This document shows, one piece after another, positions 24,733 to 32,000 of a stretch of 32,000 bases of DNA. The position numbers and the translations under genes are program-made. The stretch is from Mucisphaera calidilacus (GTDB lineage Bacteria; Planctomycetota; Phycisphaerae; Phycisphaerales; Phycisphaeraceae), in the NCBI RefSeq assembly GCF_007748075.1, contig NZ_CP036280.1, positions 3,180,001 through 3,212,000 of the forward strand, written 5' to 3'. Below the pieces are notes generated by a model, which was not told where the DNA came from, searched no databases, and saw only the letters and a program-made list of their open reading frames with translations. How positions within the stretch are numbered: the stretch's first letter is position 1; every line of letters begins with the position of its first letter.

Positions 24733-25417
24733 GGTGGGTGCGGTGCCTGCGGGTCTGTTGATGACGGCGGTGATGGAGGGTTCGGACGAGCACGCGGAGG
24801 CGGTTCGGATCGGCTGGGCCGAGCCGCTGGCTGCGGGTCGTGCGGTGGTGGTGTGGGTGGATGGGGAGGTGGCGGCGTGGACGGGCCACGAGGGTGATCG
24901 TTGGTTGTGGGTGTTGATGGATCGTCGGATGGCGCATCGGGTGGCGGTGCGGGAGTTGGGTCTGGAGGCGTTGCTGGGCGGCGGTGTGGTGGCGGCGGAG
25001 GCGGACGGTCTTCGTGTGGTGCGTGACACGTCGTGGCCGGTGGATGCGGGTCTGCGTGTGTCGGGTGACGGGGGTGCGTTGGCGTGTGCGGTGTGGCCGG
25101 CGGACGTGGCGCGTGAGGGCTTCGGCAGCCGTTTTGGGGTTGGGCCGTTTGGTGTTGAGGGTGAGGGCGGGCCGGGCCTGGGCGGCGGGATTCTGGGTGA
25201 TGGCGGTCTGGGTTCTGGCGGAACGGCGGTCGTGGTGGATGGTTCGGTTCGGCGGCGGCTGGGCGGGCGTGTTTGTGTTTCGGTGGTGGGTGAGGGTGGT
25301 GGTGTGGTGAGTGAGGCGTGTGTGGAGGCTGTGCCGCTGGGCGACGGCGTGTCGGTGGGCGGTGCCGTGGTTGAGGGTGGGGTAATGCGTGTGCGCGATC
25401 GTGAGGTGTTGCGATGA
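24725..25417 (+). CDS. hypothetical phage-cluster protein
   Basis: ATG at 24725 within track ORF 24542..25417 (MPEVGAVPAGLLMTAVMEGSDEHAEAV...). The stop overlaps the next start (ATGA). No recognised family. Confidence 0.5.
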   Translation: MPEVGAVPAGLLMTAVMEGSDEHAEAVRIGWAEPLAAGRAVVVWVDGEVAAWTGHEGDRWLWVLMDRRMAHRVAVRELGLEALLGGGVVAAEADGLRVVRDTSWPVDAGLRVSGDGGALACAVWPADVAREGFGSRFGVGPFGVEGEGGPGLGGGILGDGGLGSGGTAVVVDGSVRRRLGGRVCVSVVGEGGGVVSEACVEAVPLGDGVSVGGAVVEGGVMRVRDREVLR

Positions 25418-26586
25418 GTGAGTGGAGTCCTGAGGACCGTGTGTTGCTGGCGCAGGTTGAGGATGCGGCGACGGGTGTGCCTTACATCGAGACGGGTCGT
25501 AGTCCGTACTACGCGGAGTTTCGTCGGATGGTGGAGCGGCTGGCGCGGGTTGCGGAGCGTGGGAACGACCTGCGTGTTTATCGAGACGGGTTGTTGTCGG
25601 TGGGTGTGCGTGGCGGTCGGTGTCGGGTTGCGGGGGCGTGTCATGAGGTCGCGTCGGTGGCGGGGATGGCGGTGGTGGGCCATGGGTTGACGCGGGTGTG
25701 GGTGGACGCATCGGGTGAGGTGCGGGTGTCGGTGGATGCGTTTCCGGAGGATCGGTCGGCGCACCTGCGTCTGGCGGAGGTGTTTGCGGAGGAGGGTGCG
25801 GTGGTTTCGATCACGGACCTTCGGGGCGAGACGCAGCTTCAGTCGGTGGACGCGAGCGTGCTGGGTCTGACGGCGACGGTGGCGGAGCTTGATCGCGTGG
25901 TGGCGGGTGTTGATGCGGGGGTGACTTCGTCGGCGCTGGGTGTGTTGTGCGGGGGTCCGATGTCGGTGGCGGACGCGTACCACGGTCACGCGGGTTATCA
26001 GTCGGATGAGGATGCGGAGGTGTCGTTTACGGTTCGCAATGCGTCGTCGGGCTCGGCGGCGGGCGTGATGTTGTCGCTGAGTCTTCCTGCGTGGTTGAGC
26101 GAGCCGACGCGGCTGCGTGTTCGGCGTGAGGGCGGGTGGCTGGAGCAGGAGGTCGGGGGGACGGGTTATGCGTTGGTGGGCGGTGTTCCGCTGGCGCTGG
26201 TTCTGCCTGGTGTTCTGACGGGTTCGGTGGTGGATCGTCTGGTGGGTGTTGTGCCTTGCGACGGGACGGTGGCGGGTGTGGTGCTGAGTGTGGGCAGGCA
26301 TCTGCAGACGTCGGAGGTGTTGGATGGTCTTGAGGTTTCGCTGCGTGTGAACGGGCGGTTGTTGACGGACACGCCTGCGCGTCTGCGGGTTTCGGACGGG
26401 GTGTCGAATCTGTGCACGGACGCGGGGGATGGCGAGGCGGCGTTGATGTTTGAGGATTCGGTGTGCGCTGTGTCGCGTGGGGAGTTGGTGACGGCGACGA
26501 TCACGCGTACGGCGTCGGGCGTGGTGAGTCAGGAGGCGGAGGACGTGGCGGTGCTGGTGCTGATGCGTTCGGGTCGTGTGATCTGA
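25414..26586 (+). CDS. hypothetical phage-cluster protein, 390 aa; its N-terminal ~150 aa are paralogous to the next gene
   Basis: Long plus-strand ORF. The shared module includes DAATGVPYIETGRSPYY ... LRVY ... VGVRGGR ... AHLRLAEVFAEEGAVVSITDLRGE. The C-terminal part looks beta-rich. Confidence 0.6.
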   Translation: MSEWSPEDRVLLAQVEDAATGVPYIETGRSPYYAEFRRMVERLARVAERGNDLRVYRDGLLSVGVRGGRCRVAGACHEVASVAGMAVVGHGLTRVWVDASGEVRVSVDAFPEDRSAHLRLAEVFAEEGAVVSITDLRGETQLQSVDASVLGLTATVAELDRVVAGVDAGVTSSALGVLCGGPMSVADAYHGHAGYQSDEDAEVSFTVRNASSGSAAGVMLSLSLPAWLSEPTRLRVRREGGWLEQEVGGTGYALVGGVPLALVLPGVLTGSVVDRLVGVVPCDGTVAGVVLSVGRHLQTSEVLDGLEVSLRVNGRLLTDTPARLRVSDGVSNLCTDAGDGEAALMFEDSVCAVSRGELVTATITRTASGVVSQEAEDVAVLVLMRSGRVI

Positions 26587-26599
26587 GAGGGGATGAGCG

Positions 26600-27064
26600 A
26601 TGACGATTTCGGTTGGTGACCTGGATGAGGCGTCGGTGGAGGCGTTGGCGGGGACGCGTGATGCGGCGACGGGTTTTGAGTATGCGGAGCGTGGTCGTCA
26701 TCCGTATTACCGGTGGCTGATGAACACGCTGCGGTTGTTGTCGGCTTCGTCGCTGGGTGATTTCCGGGTGTTGTCGGCGTCGGAGGCGGAGGGGTTTCCC
26801 GCGGTGACGGTGCTTGGGGGTCGTGCGTCGCTTGGGGGTGTTGTGGTGGCGTATGAGGGCGGTTTGTTTGACCTGTCGCTGATGAACAACGCGGTCGTGT
26901 TTGTGTGGCTGCGTGCGGTGTCGGGTGCCGCGGTGGTGGAGGTGGGCGCGGAGGCTGACGGTTGGCCTGGCGGCGTGCACCTGAAGCTGGCGGAGGTCGA
27001 GGTTTCGGGCGGGCGTGTTGTCTCGGTGCTGGATCGTCGGAAAGAGGTCGTGCTTTCGGTCTGA
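26600..27064 (+). CDS. hypothetical phage-cluster protein, 154 aa; stand-alone copy of the module at the N-terminus of the preceding protein
   Basis: DAATGFEYAERGRHPYY ... FRVL ... VTVLGGR ... VHLKLAEVEVSGGRVVSVLDRRKE aligns by eye with the upstream protein. ATG follows gagagggg. Confidence 0.6.
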   Translation: MTISVGDLDEASVEALAGTRDAATGFEYAERGRHPYYRWLMNTLRLLSASSLGDFRVLSASEAEGFPAVTVLGGRASLGGVVVAYEGGLFDLSLMNNAVVFVWLRAVSGAAVVEVGAEADGWPGGVHLKLAEVEVSGGRVVSVLDRRKEVVLSV

Positions 27065-27081
27065 GAGGTGGCGGTGTGGTG

Positions 27082-27825
27082 ATGAGGCTGGTGGATTTTG
27101 AGGTTGCGGGCTGGGGTGAGTTCGGCGGGTCGGGTCCGGTTGAGCGGGCTTCGTATGCGGAGCGTGTGTTGTCTTTGGGGCCTGCGGGTTACTGGCGGCT
27201 GGGCGATGACGGGCCTGGGGTTGCGGACCGTGCGGGCGGGCCGGCAGGGCTGGTGACGGGCGGTGGGGTCACGGGTGTGGCGGGTTCGCTCGGGTGTGAT
27301 GTCGATGGCGCGATGCGTTTTGAGGGGAGCGGAGCGGTTGCGGTGGGTCGTGGTGTTCTGCCTGCGGATGGTTCGGCGGTGACGATCGGGTGTCGGGTGC
27401 GTATGACCGCGGCGGTGAAGGGTGTGCTGGTGAGTCAGTACGAGCAGAGCGGGGGTGTTGCGGACCCGCAGCGGTTCGGTCTGCGTGTGAGTGCGGAGGG
27501 CTGCGTGGGCTGGTGGAAGGGCGGGGTCATGCTGGCGGAGAGTGCGGTGTCGGTGTCGGATGGCGATTGGCATTCGGTGGTCGGGTCGCGGTCGGGCTCG
27601 GGCGATGTGGTGTTGTGGGTGGATGGCGAGGTTGCGGCAGGGGGGAGCGACGGCCAGGGGTTTCAGGCAACGGAGACGACGCTCGGGTGTTTCCCGGGCG
27701 TGTTCTCGCTGACGGGCGCGTTGGATGAGGTGTTCGTGGTGCCCGATGTGGTTGAAGCGGAGGCGGTGCGGTCGTTGCACGCGATGGCGGTTGGTGTGCC
27801 TGAGGTGATCGGGGGTGCGGCGTGA
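27082..27825 (+). CDS. LamG / concanavalin-A-like lectin domain protein
   Basis: ATG at 27082 inside track ORF 26962..27825. YWRLGDDG..., AMRFEGSGAVAV, VTIGCRVRM, DGDWHSVVGSRSGSGDVVLWVDGE and LTGALDEVFVV follow the Laminin_G_3 pattern. Confidence 0.7.
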   Translation: MRLVDFEVAGWGEFGGSGPVERASYAERVLSLGPAGYWRLGDDGPGVADRAGGPAGLVTGGGVTGVAGSLGCDVDGAMRFEGSGAVAVGRGVLPADGSAVTIGCRVRMTAAVKGVLVSQYEQSGGVADPQRFGLRVSAEGCVGWWKGGVMLAESAVSVSDGDWHSVVGSRSGSGDVVLWVDGEVAAGGSDGQGFQATETTLGCFPGVFSLTGALDEVFVVPDVVEAEAVRSLHAMAVGVPEVIGGAA

Positions 27826-29894
27826 CGAGGATGGTTCAGGACGCGGCGGCGCGGTTCGAGGATTTCGGGACGCGTGGTGTTCGGCTGGAGGTGGATGGTG
27901 ATCTGCGCGGTGTGGTGTGTGGTTTAGAGCTTGCCGGTGGCGGTTCGGAGGTGCACGTTCGTCTGGCGGTGCGGGCGTCGGGGTTGACGGCGGGTCGTGT
28001 GGTGGTGTTGGGGTGCGGGTCGGCGGAGGGCGCGGTGTGGTGGCTGGAGGCGGACGCGGGGCTGGGTGCCTTGGTGCTGCGCGTGCGTGATGGCGGGTCG
28101 GTGGTGTGGCCGTGGTCGCGTGGGCCGTCGTGGAGTGTGGTGGAGGTGGGGGCGTCGGCTGCTGAGGATGTGTTGCGGCTTCAGGTCAACGGGGTTGAGG
28201 TGGGTGTGTTGCCGGGGGTGAGTGTCGGGTCGCTTGCGGCGTTGGATGTGGGTGTGTTGTGGCGGAGCGGCGATGCGGCGGGCGTGGTTGATGTTGACCG
28301 GCTGGCGGTGGGTGACGGGCCGATCGGCGTGGATGGGGTTGCGTCGTCGGATGAGGGTGTTGCGGGGGCGTCGCGTTGGGTGGTGTTGTATCGGCCTGAC
28401 GATCCGGATTCGGTGGCGTGGGTGGAGGCGTACCGGTCGCGGAGGGGTGTGCCTTACGCGAACCTGATCCCGGTGGTGACGACGGGGGAGGAGGTGGTGG
28501 ACGAGGCGGGGTATGCGTCGCTGGTGGATCAGGTGCGTGGTTATCTGGAGCGGCATGGTCTGGCGGATCGTGTGGCGGGTGTCCTGGTGGGTTACGGGGT
28601 GCCGAGTTATGTGTCGCTGGTATTTGAGCGTGTGCGGCTGCCGATTTCCTCGTTGCTGGCGACGGACGCGTTGGCGTTGACGTCGGTTGAGAACCCATTG
28701 CTGGGTCGGGCGGAGCGGTTGGAGGTTGTGGATTGTGCGGGTGCTCGGATGGGCGCCCGGTGTGACGGGGCGACGCTAGCGGAGGCGTTGTCGCTGATTG
28801 ACCGAGCGGATGCGGTGATGGCGGGTTCGCTTCGGGACGCGGGTGCGGCGCGTCTGTGGGTGGACACGGAGGGGCCGCTGGGAGACTTGGCGGGTACGAC
28901 GCGGGCGCGTCACGCGGCGTTCGTGGCGGGTGATGTGGCGTGCGCGACGCGGATGGAGGTGATGTCGGGTGCGTTTGATCGTGTGGAGGGTGAGGGGTTG
29001 GCGTGGACGGGGTTGTCGGGGGCGTATCCGGAGGGGTTCTTCGGTGGGTCGGGTGGTCCGCGTGTCCTGTTCGGGCAGGTGAGTCTGGCGGCGTGTGGTT
29101 TGAGTTCGGTGCGTGGGGTGGTGGACGGTTCGGCGTGGGCGCGGGGAGCGATCGAGGCGGGTTATGCGGCGGTGGTAGGAACGGGCGGGACGTATGGTTC
29201 GTCGGAGGTTCCGCGAGTGGATGTGCTGGTTGATCGGCTGCTGTGTGGGTGGACGCTTGGTGAGGCGTGGCAGGTTTGTCTGCCGAGGCTGCGGAACGTG
29301 GTGGGGCTGGTGGGTGACCCGTTGATGGTTGTGCCGATGTCGGGCGCGGGCTGGGACCTGGTCGCGGGTGATGACGAGGGCCTGGGGGCGGCGGCGGCGT
29401 GTCGTCGCGTGGCGGATGAAGCGGCGCGTCTGCCTGAGGGGGCTGAGGGCGTGCGGCGACGGTGGCTGGTGGCGGCGCGTGGTGTTGATGGTTCGCTGAG
29501 CGATGGCGTGCGTGGCGTGGGTGTGGTTTACGAGGGCGGGTCGTGGCGGCGGCGTGTGGTGGACTGGGTGTGGCCTGAGGCGGCGGGCTGGTTGTTGGCT
29601 GCGGATCGTGAGGGTCTGCGGGGTGTGGTGATCTGGCCTTGTGGTCTGCGGGAGGCGGGTGTGGTCTCGGCGGAGCTTGAGGCGGAGCGTGCGGGCGGGG
29701 TGACGGTGTCGTCGCTGGGGGTTGATCCGGGGTCGGATCGGCTGGGGTTTGTGGCGGCGATGCCTGATGAGCGTGTGCGTTATCGCGTCCGTGTGCGGAC
29801 GTCGGAGGGTGTGGTGTCGGAGACGCCCTGGTCGGCCTGGTGGGAGCCTGAGGCGGCGGGTGTGGCGCCGGTGGTGCTGGGAGGTGCGGGATGA
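27822..29894 (+). CDS. 690-aa multidomain protein: N-terminal beta-sandwich (LamG-like), central TIGR03790-like region, C-terminal FN3/Ig-like segment
   Basis: GTGA overlap with the LamG gene. The central segment RWVVLYRPDDPDSVAWVEAYRSRRGVPYANLIPV...LVGYGVPSYV resembles my memory of the uncharacterised TIGR03790 family. The C-terminal RYRVRVRTSEGVVSETPWSAWWEP is FN3-like. Confidence 0.6.
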   Translation: MTRMVQDAAARFEDFGTRGVRLEVDGDLRGVVCGLELAGGGSEVHVRLAVRASGLTAGRVVVLGCGSAEGAVWWLEADAGLGALVLRVRDGGSVVWPWSRGPSWSVVEVGASAAEDVLRLQVNGVEVGVLPGVSVGSLAALDVGVLWRSGDAAGVVDVDRLAVGDGPIGVDGVASSDEGVAGASRWVVLYRPDDPDSVAWVEAYRSRRGVPYANLIPVVTTGEEVVDEAGYASLVDQVRGYLERHGLADRVAGVLVGYGVPSYVSLVFERVRLPISSLLATDALALTSVENPLLGRAERLEVVDCAGARMGARCDGATLAEALSLIDRADAVMAGSLRDAGAARLWVDTEGPLGDLAGTTRARHAAFVAGDVACATRMEVMSGAFDRVEGEGLAWTGLSGAYPEGFFGGSGGPRVLFGQVSLAACGLSSVRGVVDGSAWARGAIEAGYAAVVGTGGTYGSSEVPRVDVLVDRLLCGWTLGEAWQVCLPRLRNVVGLVGDPLMVVPMSGAGWDLVAGDDEGLGAAAACRRVADEAARLPEGAEGVRRRWLVAARGVDGSLSDGVRGVGVVYEGGSWRRRVVDWVWPEAAGWLLAADREGLRGVVIWPCGLREAGVVSAELEAERAGGVTVSSLGVDPGSDRLGFVAAMPDERVRYRVRVRTSEGVVSETPWSAWWEPEAAGVAPVVLGGAG

Positions 29895-31543
29895 GGATGG
29901 CGGAGGGTTCGCTGGGTCGTGTGGTGCGTGATCGTGGCCTGCTGGTGGTTGTGGACGGTCGGGTGGTTGAATCGGCGCGAGTGACGTCGATGTCGTCGTG
30001 TTTGCCGCTTGGCGGGTGCGAGGCTGAGGTTGAGGTAGAGGTTGAACGTGGTGCGGGTTCGGTGCGCGAGGTTGTGATCGGGGAGCCTTATCGGCTTGGC
30101 GATGCGCGTGTGGGGCTGCGTCGGCTGGTGGTGGGTGGTTTGGTTGAGGATGTGGGGCGTGGTGATCGGTCGGGTTTGCGGCGGTGCTGGCGTGTGCGTG
30201 ATCGCTGGATGCGGTTGCTGGATCAGGAGCTTGCGTCGCTGCCGGGGTGGTGGCTGTTGTCGGACGCGGGTTCGCTCGGCGTCGGGGCGGATGCGAATCG
30301 GTCGGCGACGTCGGTGGATGTGGATGGGCGTTCGGTGTATCGGCCTGGGGGCGGGTTGCGTTGGACGGCGGGTAAGGCGTTGGGATTGTTGCTGGCGGTG
30401 GCGGGTGTTCGCGTCGTCTGGCTGGTCGATCGGGGTCGGCTGGATCGTGTGCTGGAGCGTGATGTTGTGCTGTCGGGTCGGTTGCGTGGTGTGCTGTCGT
30501 TGCTGGCTGAGGACCACGGGTTGGTGCTGCGGTGGGACGAGCGGCATGGCGTGGTCGAGGTGGGTGTTCGTGGTCATCGGGGTCGGCGGGTGAGTTATCC
30601 GTTGGGTGGTGATGAGCGGCGTCGGCCGAGGTGGTCGGTGGTGTCGGGCGGTGTTTCGGGGCGGTCGGTGCGTGGGGTATGTCGTTCGTCGGGTTGGCGT
30701 GTGGAGTCGACGTTTGAGCTGCGTCGTGGCTGGGACCCGGGGCTGGAGGGGTTGGCGGATGATCAGTACGACCCGGAGACGTCGGACGATTTCACGTCGG
30801 TGTCGTCGGTCTTTCGTCGTTGGGTGTTGAACGAGGACGGGGCGTATTCGGGTGCGCCGTATGGTTTGCCGGCCTATGACCTGAGCGCGTTGTTTGATGA
30901 CGAGCGTGTGGGCGCGTGTTCGCTTAGGTTTCGTGCTCCGCTGACGCGTGACACGGATGGCGACCCGCTGCCGGTGCTGGTGGAGGTGAGTGAGGATGGG
31001 GGTTTGCGTTGGCGTGTCGTGGCGGATCGTCTGCTGTTGAGGGATCGCGCGGGGGTCGATCTGACGGGCCTGTTGGCGGGATCGGATTACCTGGCGGCGG
31101 CTCGTGCGGGGACGGTTCGGTGTCGGGTGACGGCGCGGCTTGATTCGCCTCGTGCGGTGGAGGCGGTTCGGTGGTGGGGCAACGCGTTCACGGGGGTTCA
31201 CGAGGACGTGGTGTTTGATGCGGGGCGTCGGTTTGTTTTTGCGCGGGTGGACCGGACGAGTCGTTTCTGGTCGCGGGTTCGGTCGGGGGCGCGTGTTGCG
31301 GCGGAGCGTGATGATCGAGAGCGGATGCGTCGTTGGCTGTTAGAGCGGCTTGAGGGGGGTGCTTCGGCGTCGCGGGTGCGTCTGGAGGCGTCGGGTCGCG
31401 AGACGTGGCTGCGGCCTGGCGACCGGTTGTGTGTGGGTGCGCTGGGCGGCCGGACGGTGTTGTGCGAGCGTGTGGGCTGGTCGGCGGGTGCGGGGCGTGC
31501 GGTGCGGTCGGTGATCGAGGGGCGATTGGAGGGTGTCAGATGA
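29891..31543 (+). CDS. 550-aa hypothetical phage-cluster protein (tail or baseplate candidate, by position only)
   Basis: ATGA overlaps at both ends and a long ORF on the stop-rich strand. I recognise no family. Confidence 0.55.
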   Translation: MRMAEGSLGRVVRDRGLLVVVDGRVVESARVTSMSSCLPLGGCEAEVEVEVERGAGSVREVVIGEPYRLGDARVGLRRLVVGGLVEDVGRGDRSGLRRCWRVRDRWMRLLDQELASLPGWWLLSDAGSLGVGADANRSATSVDVDGRSVYRPGGGLRWTAGKALGLLLAVAGVRVVWLVDRGRLDRVLERDVVLSGRLRGVLSLLAEDHGLVLRWDERHGVVEVGVRGHRGRRVSYPLGGDERRRPRWSVVSGGVSGRSVRGVCRSSGWRVESTFELRRGWDPGLEGLADDQYDPETSDDFTSVSSVFRRWVLNEDGAYSGAPYGLPAYDLSALFDDERVGACSLRFRAPLTRDTDGDPLPVLVEVSEDGGLRWRVVADRLLLRDRAGVDLTGLLAGSDYLAAARAGTVRCRVTARLDSPRAVEAVRWWGNAFTGVHEDVVFDAGRRFVFARVDRTSRFWSRVRSGARVAAERDDRERMRRWLLERLEGGASASRVRLEASGRETWLRPGDRLCVGALGGRTVLCERVGWSAGAGRAVRSVIEGRLEGVR

Positions 31544-31800
31544 GTGGGCTGGAGTTGGCGCCGCTGGCGCAGCTGGGTGCGGCGGGACTGATGGGCGCGT
31601 TGTGGGTGTGGGAGCGGAACCTGACGCGTTGCCGGGAGCGTGAGCTGAGTGAGGCTCATGAGCGTCTGATGGTTCAGCGTGAGGCGTTGCAGGAACTGGT
31701 GGCGTTGGTGGGTCAGAACGCGCGGGCGTTGGAGGGTTTTGAGCAGACGCAGAATCGGCTGGCTCGTGCGGTGGAGCGTCTGGCGGCCAGGGGTGCGTGA
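31540..31800 (+). CDS. small N-terminal-TM, coiled-coil protein (i-spanin-like or holin-like)
   Basis: ATG at 31540 (ATGA overlap) inside track ORF 31405..31800. Product MSGLELAPLAQLGAAGLMGALWVW, followed by about 60 aa of helical, charged sequence. Confidence 0.45.
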   Translation: MSGLELAPLAQLGAAGLMGALWVWERNLTRCRERELSEAHERLMVQREALQELVALVGQNARALEGFEQTQNRLARAVERLAARGA

Positions 31801-31819
31801 TAGCGATTAAACTGGGTGG

Positions 31820-32000
31820 ATGACTGGCGTGTACCGAGTCGTGATGGTGTTGGTGTTCCTGCTGTCGCTGGGGTGGGTTTCGGGTTGCGGCCAGGGCGAC
31901 GGTACGTCGGCCTTCGGTGAGCCTCCGCCGACGGGCACGTGGTATCCCGAGCCGGTGGCGTTGCGTATTCACCCGTCGACGCGTTACGTGCAGGAGGGGG
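31820..32000 (+). CDS. putative lipoprotein, N-terminal fragment (runs off the right edge)
   Basis: My translation reads MTGVYRVVMVLVFLLSLGWVSGCGQGDGTSAFGEPPPTGTWYPEP... It has the lipobox VSGC and a Pro-rich mature N-terminus. The frame is open to the window end. Confidence 0.45.
   Translation, partial: MTGVYRVVMVLVFLLSLGWVSGCGQGDGTSAFGEPPPTGTWYPEPVALRIHPSTRYVQEG

Larger units (their letters stand above)
20445..32000 (+). mobile_element. phage-derived structural gene cluster (prophage remnant, cryptic prophage or domesticated element); the right end is not in the window
   Basis: Unidirectional block of portal, scaffold-like and HK97-type capsid genes plus 9 more tightly packed or overlapping ORFs. 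Within this window I see no terminase, integrase, repressor or replication gene. Confidence 0.55.

Noticed and set aside
20640-31201. Long minus-strand ORFs across the phage-like cluster (20640..21995, 22377..23606, 23723..25711, 24166..26301, 26707..27780, 29780..31201)
   Set aside because: They are mutually overlapping, lie antisense to the coupled plus-strand genes, and have extreme R/H/P/T/Q composition. The absence of stops is explained by T-poverty on that strand.

Overview
High-GC bacterial chromosomal window, Gram-negative-type (Lgt, lipoboxes, a sigma-54 activator); a Planctomycetota/Phycisphaerae-like origin is only a low-confidence guess. I found no rRNA, tRNA, CRISPR array, IS element or integrase. 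Gene content, left to right: (1) the murF-murE end of a dcw cluster on the minus strand. (2) A small minus-strand ORF and a divergent membrane-protein ORF. (3) A family-5 ABC substrate-binding lipoprotein plus a single permease. (4) A compact plus-strand operon for the succinate-to-propionate route: methylmalonyl-CoA epimerase, four subunits of a Na+-translocating methylmalonyl-CoA decarboxylase (carboxyltransferase, OadG-like, biotin carrier, membrane beta subunit), a biotin-protein ligase and a succinate/propionyl-CoA transferase, closed by a clear terminator. (5) lgt on the minus strand. (6) A roughly 1.1 kb compositionally foreign islet with a DUF3800-like gene. (7) A minus-strand block of RNase R, a secreted HEAT-like protein and a GAF/sigma-54 activator. 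(8) From about 20.5 kb to the right edge, a one-directional phage-derived structural cluster: portal, scaffold-like protein, SU10/DUF5309-like major capsid protein, several unknowns, a LamG protein, a 690-aa multidomain protein, a 550-aa protein, then a TM/coiled-coil protein and a lipoprotein. Two things stand out. First, the strand asymmetry is extreme and independent of gene orientation. The plus strand is G/T-rich everywhere, so plus- and minus-strand genes use different codons and encode proteins of different composition, and the minus strand fills with long spurious ORFs. Second, the phage-like cluster starts at the portal gene directly beside a divergent sigma-54 activator. It has no terminase or integrase on that side, it shares the host's plus-strand G/T skew, its genes are tightly coupled, and lectin-like proteins sit where tail genes are expected. 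By contrast, the DUF3800 islet and a 130-nt leader upstream of the epimerase operon lack the skew.
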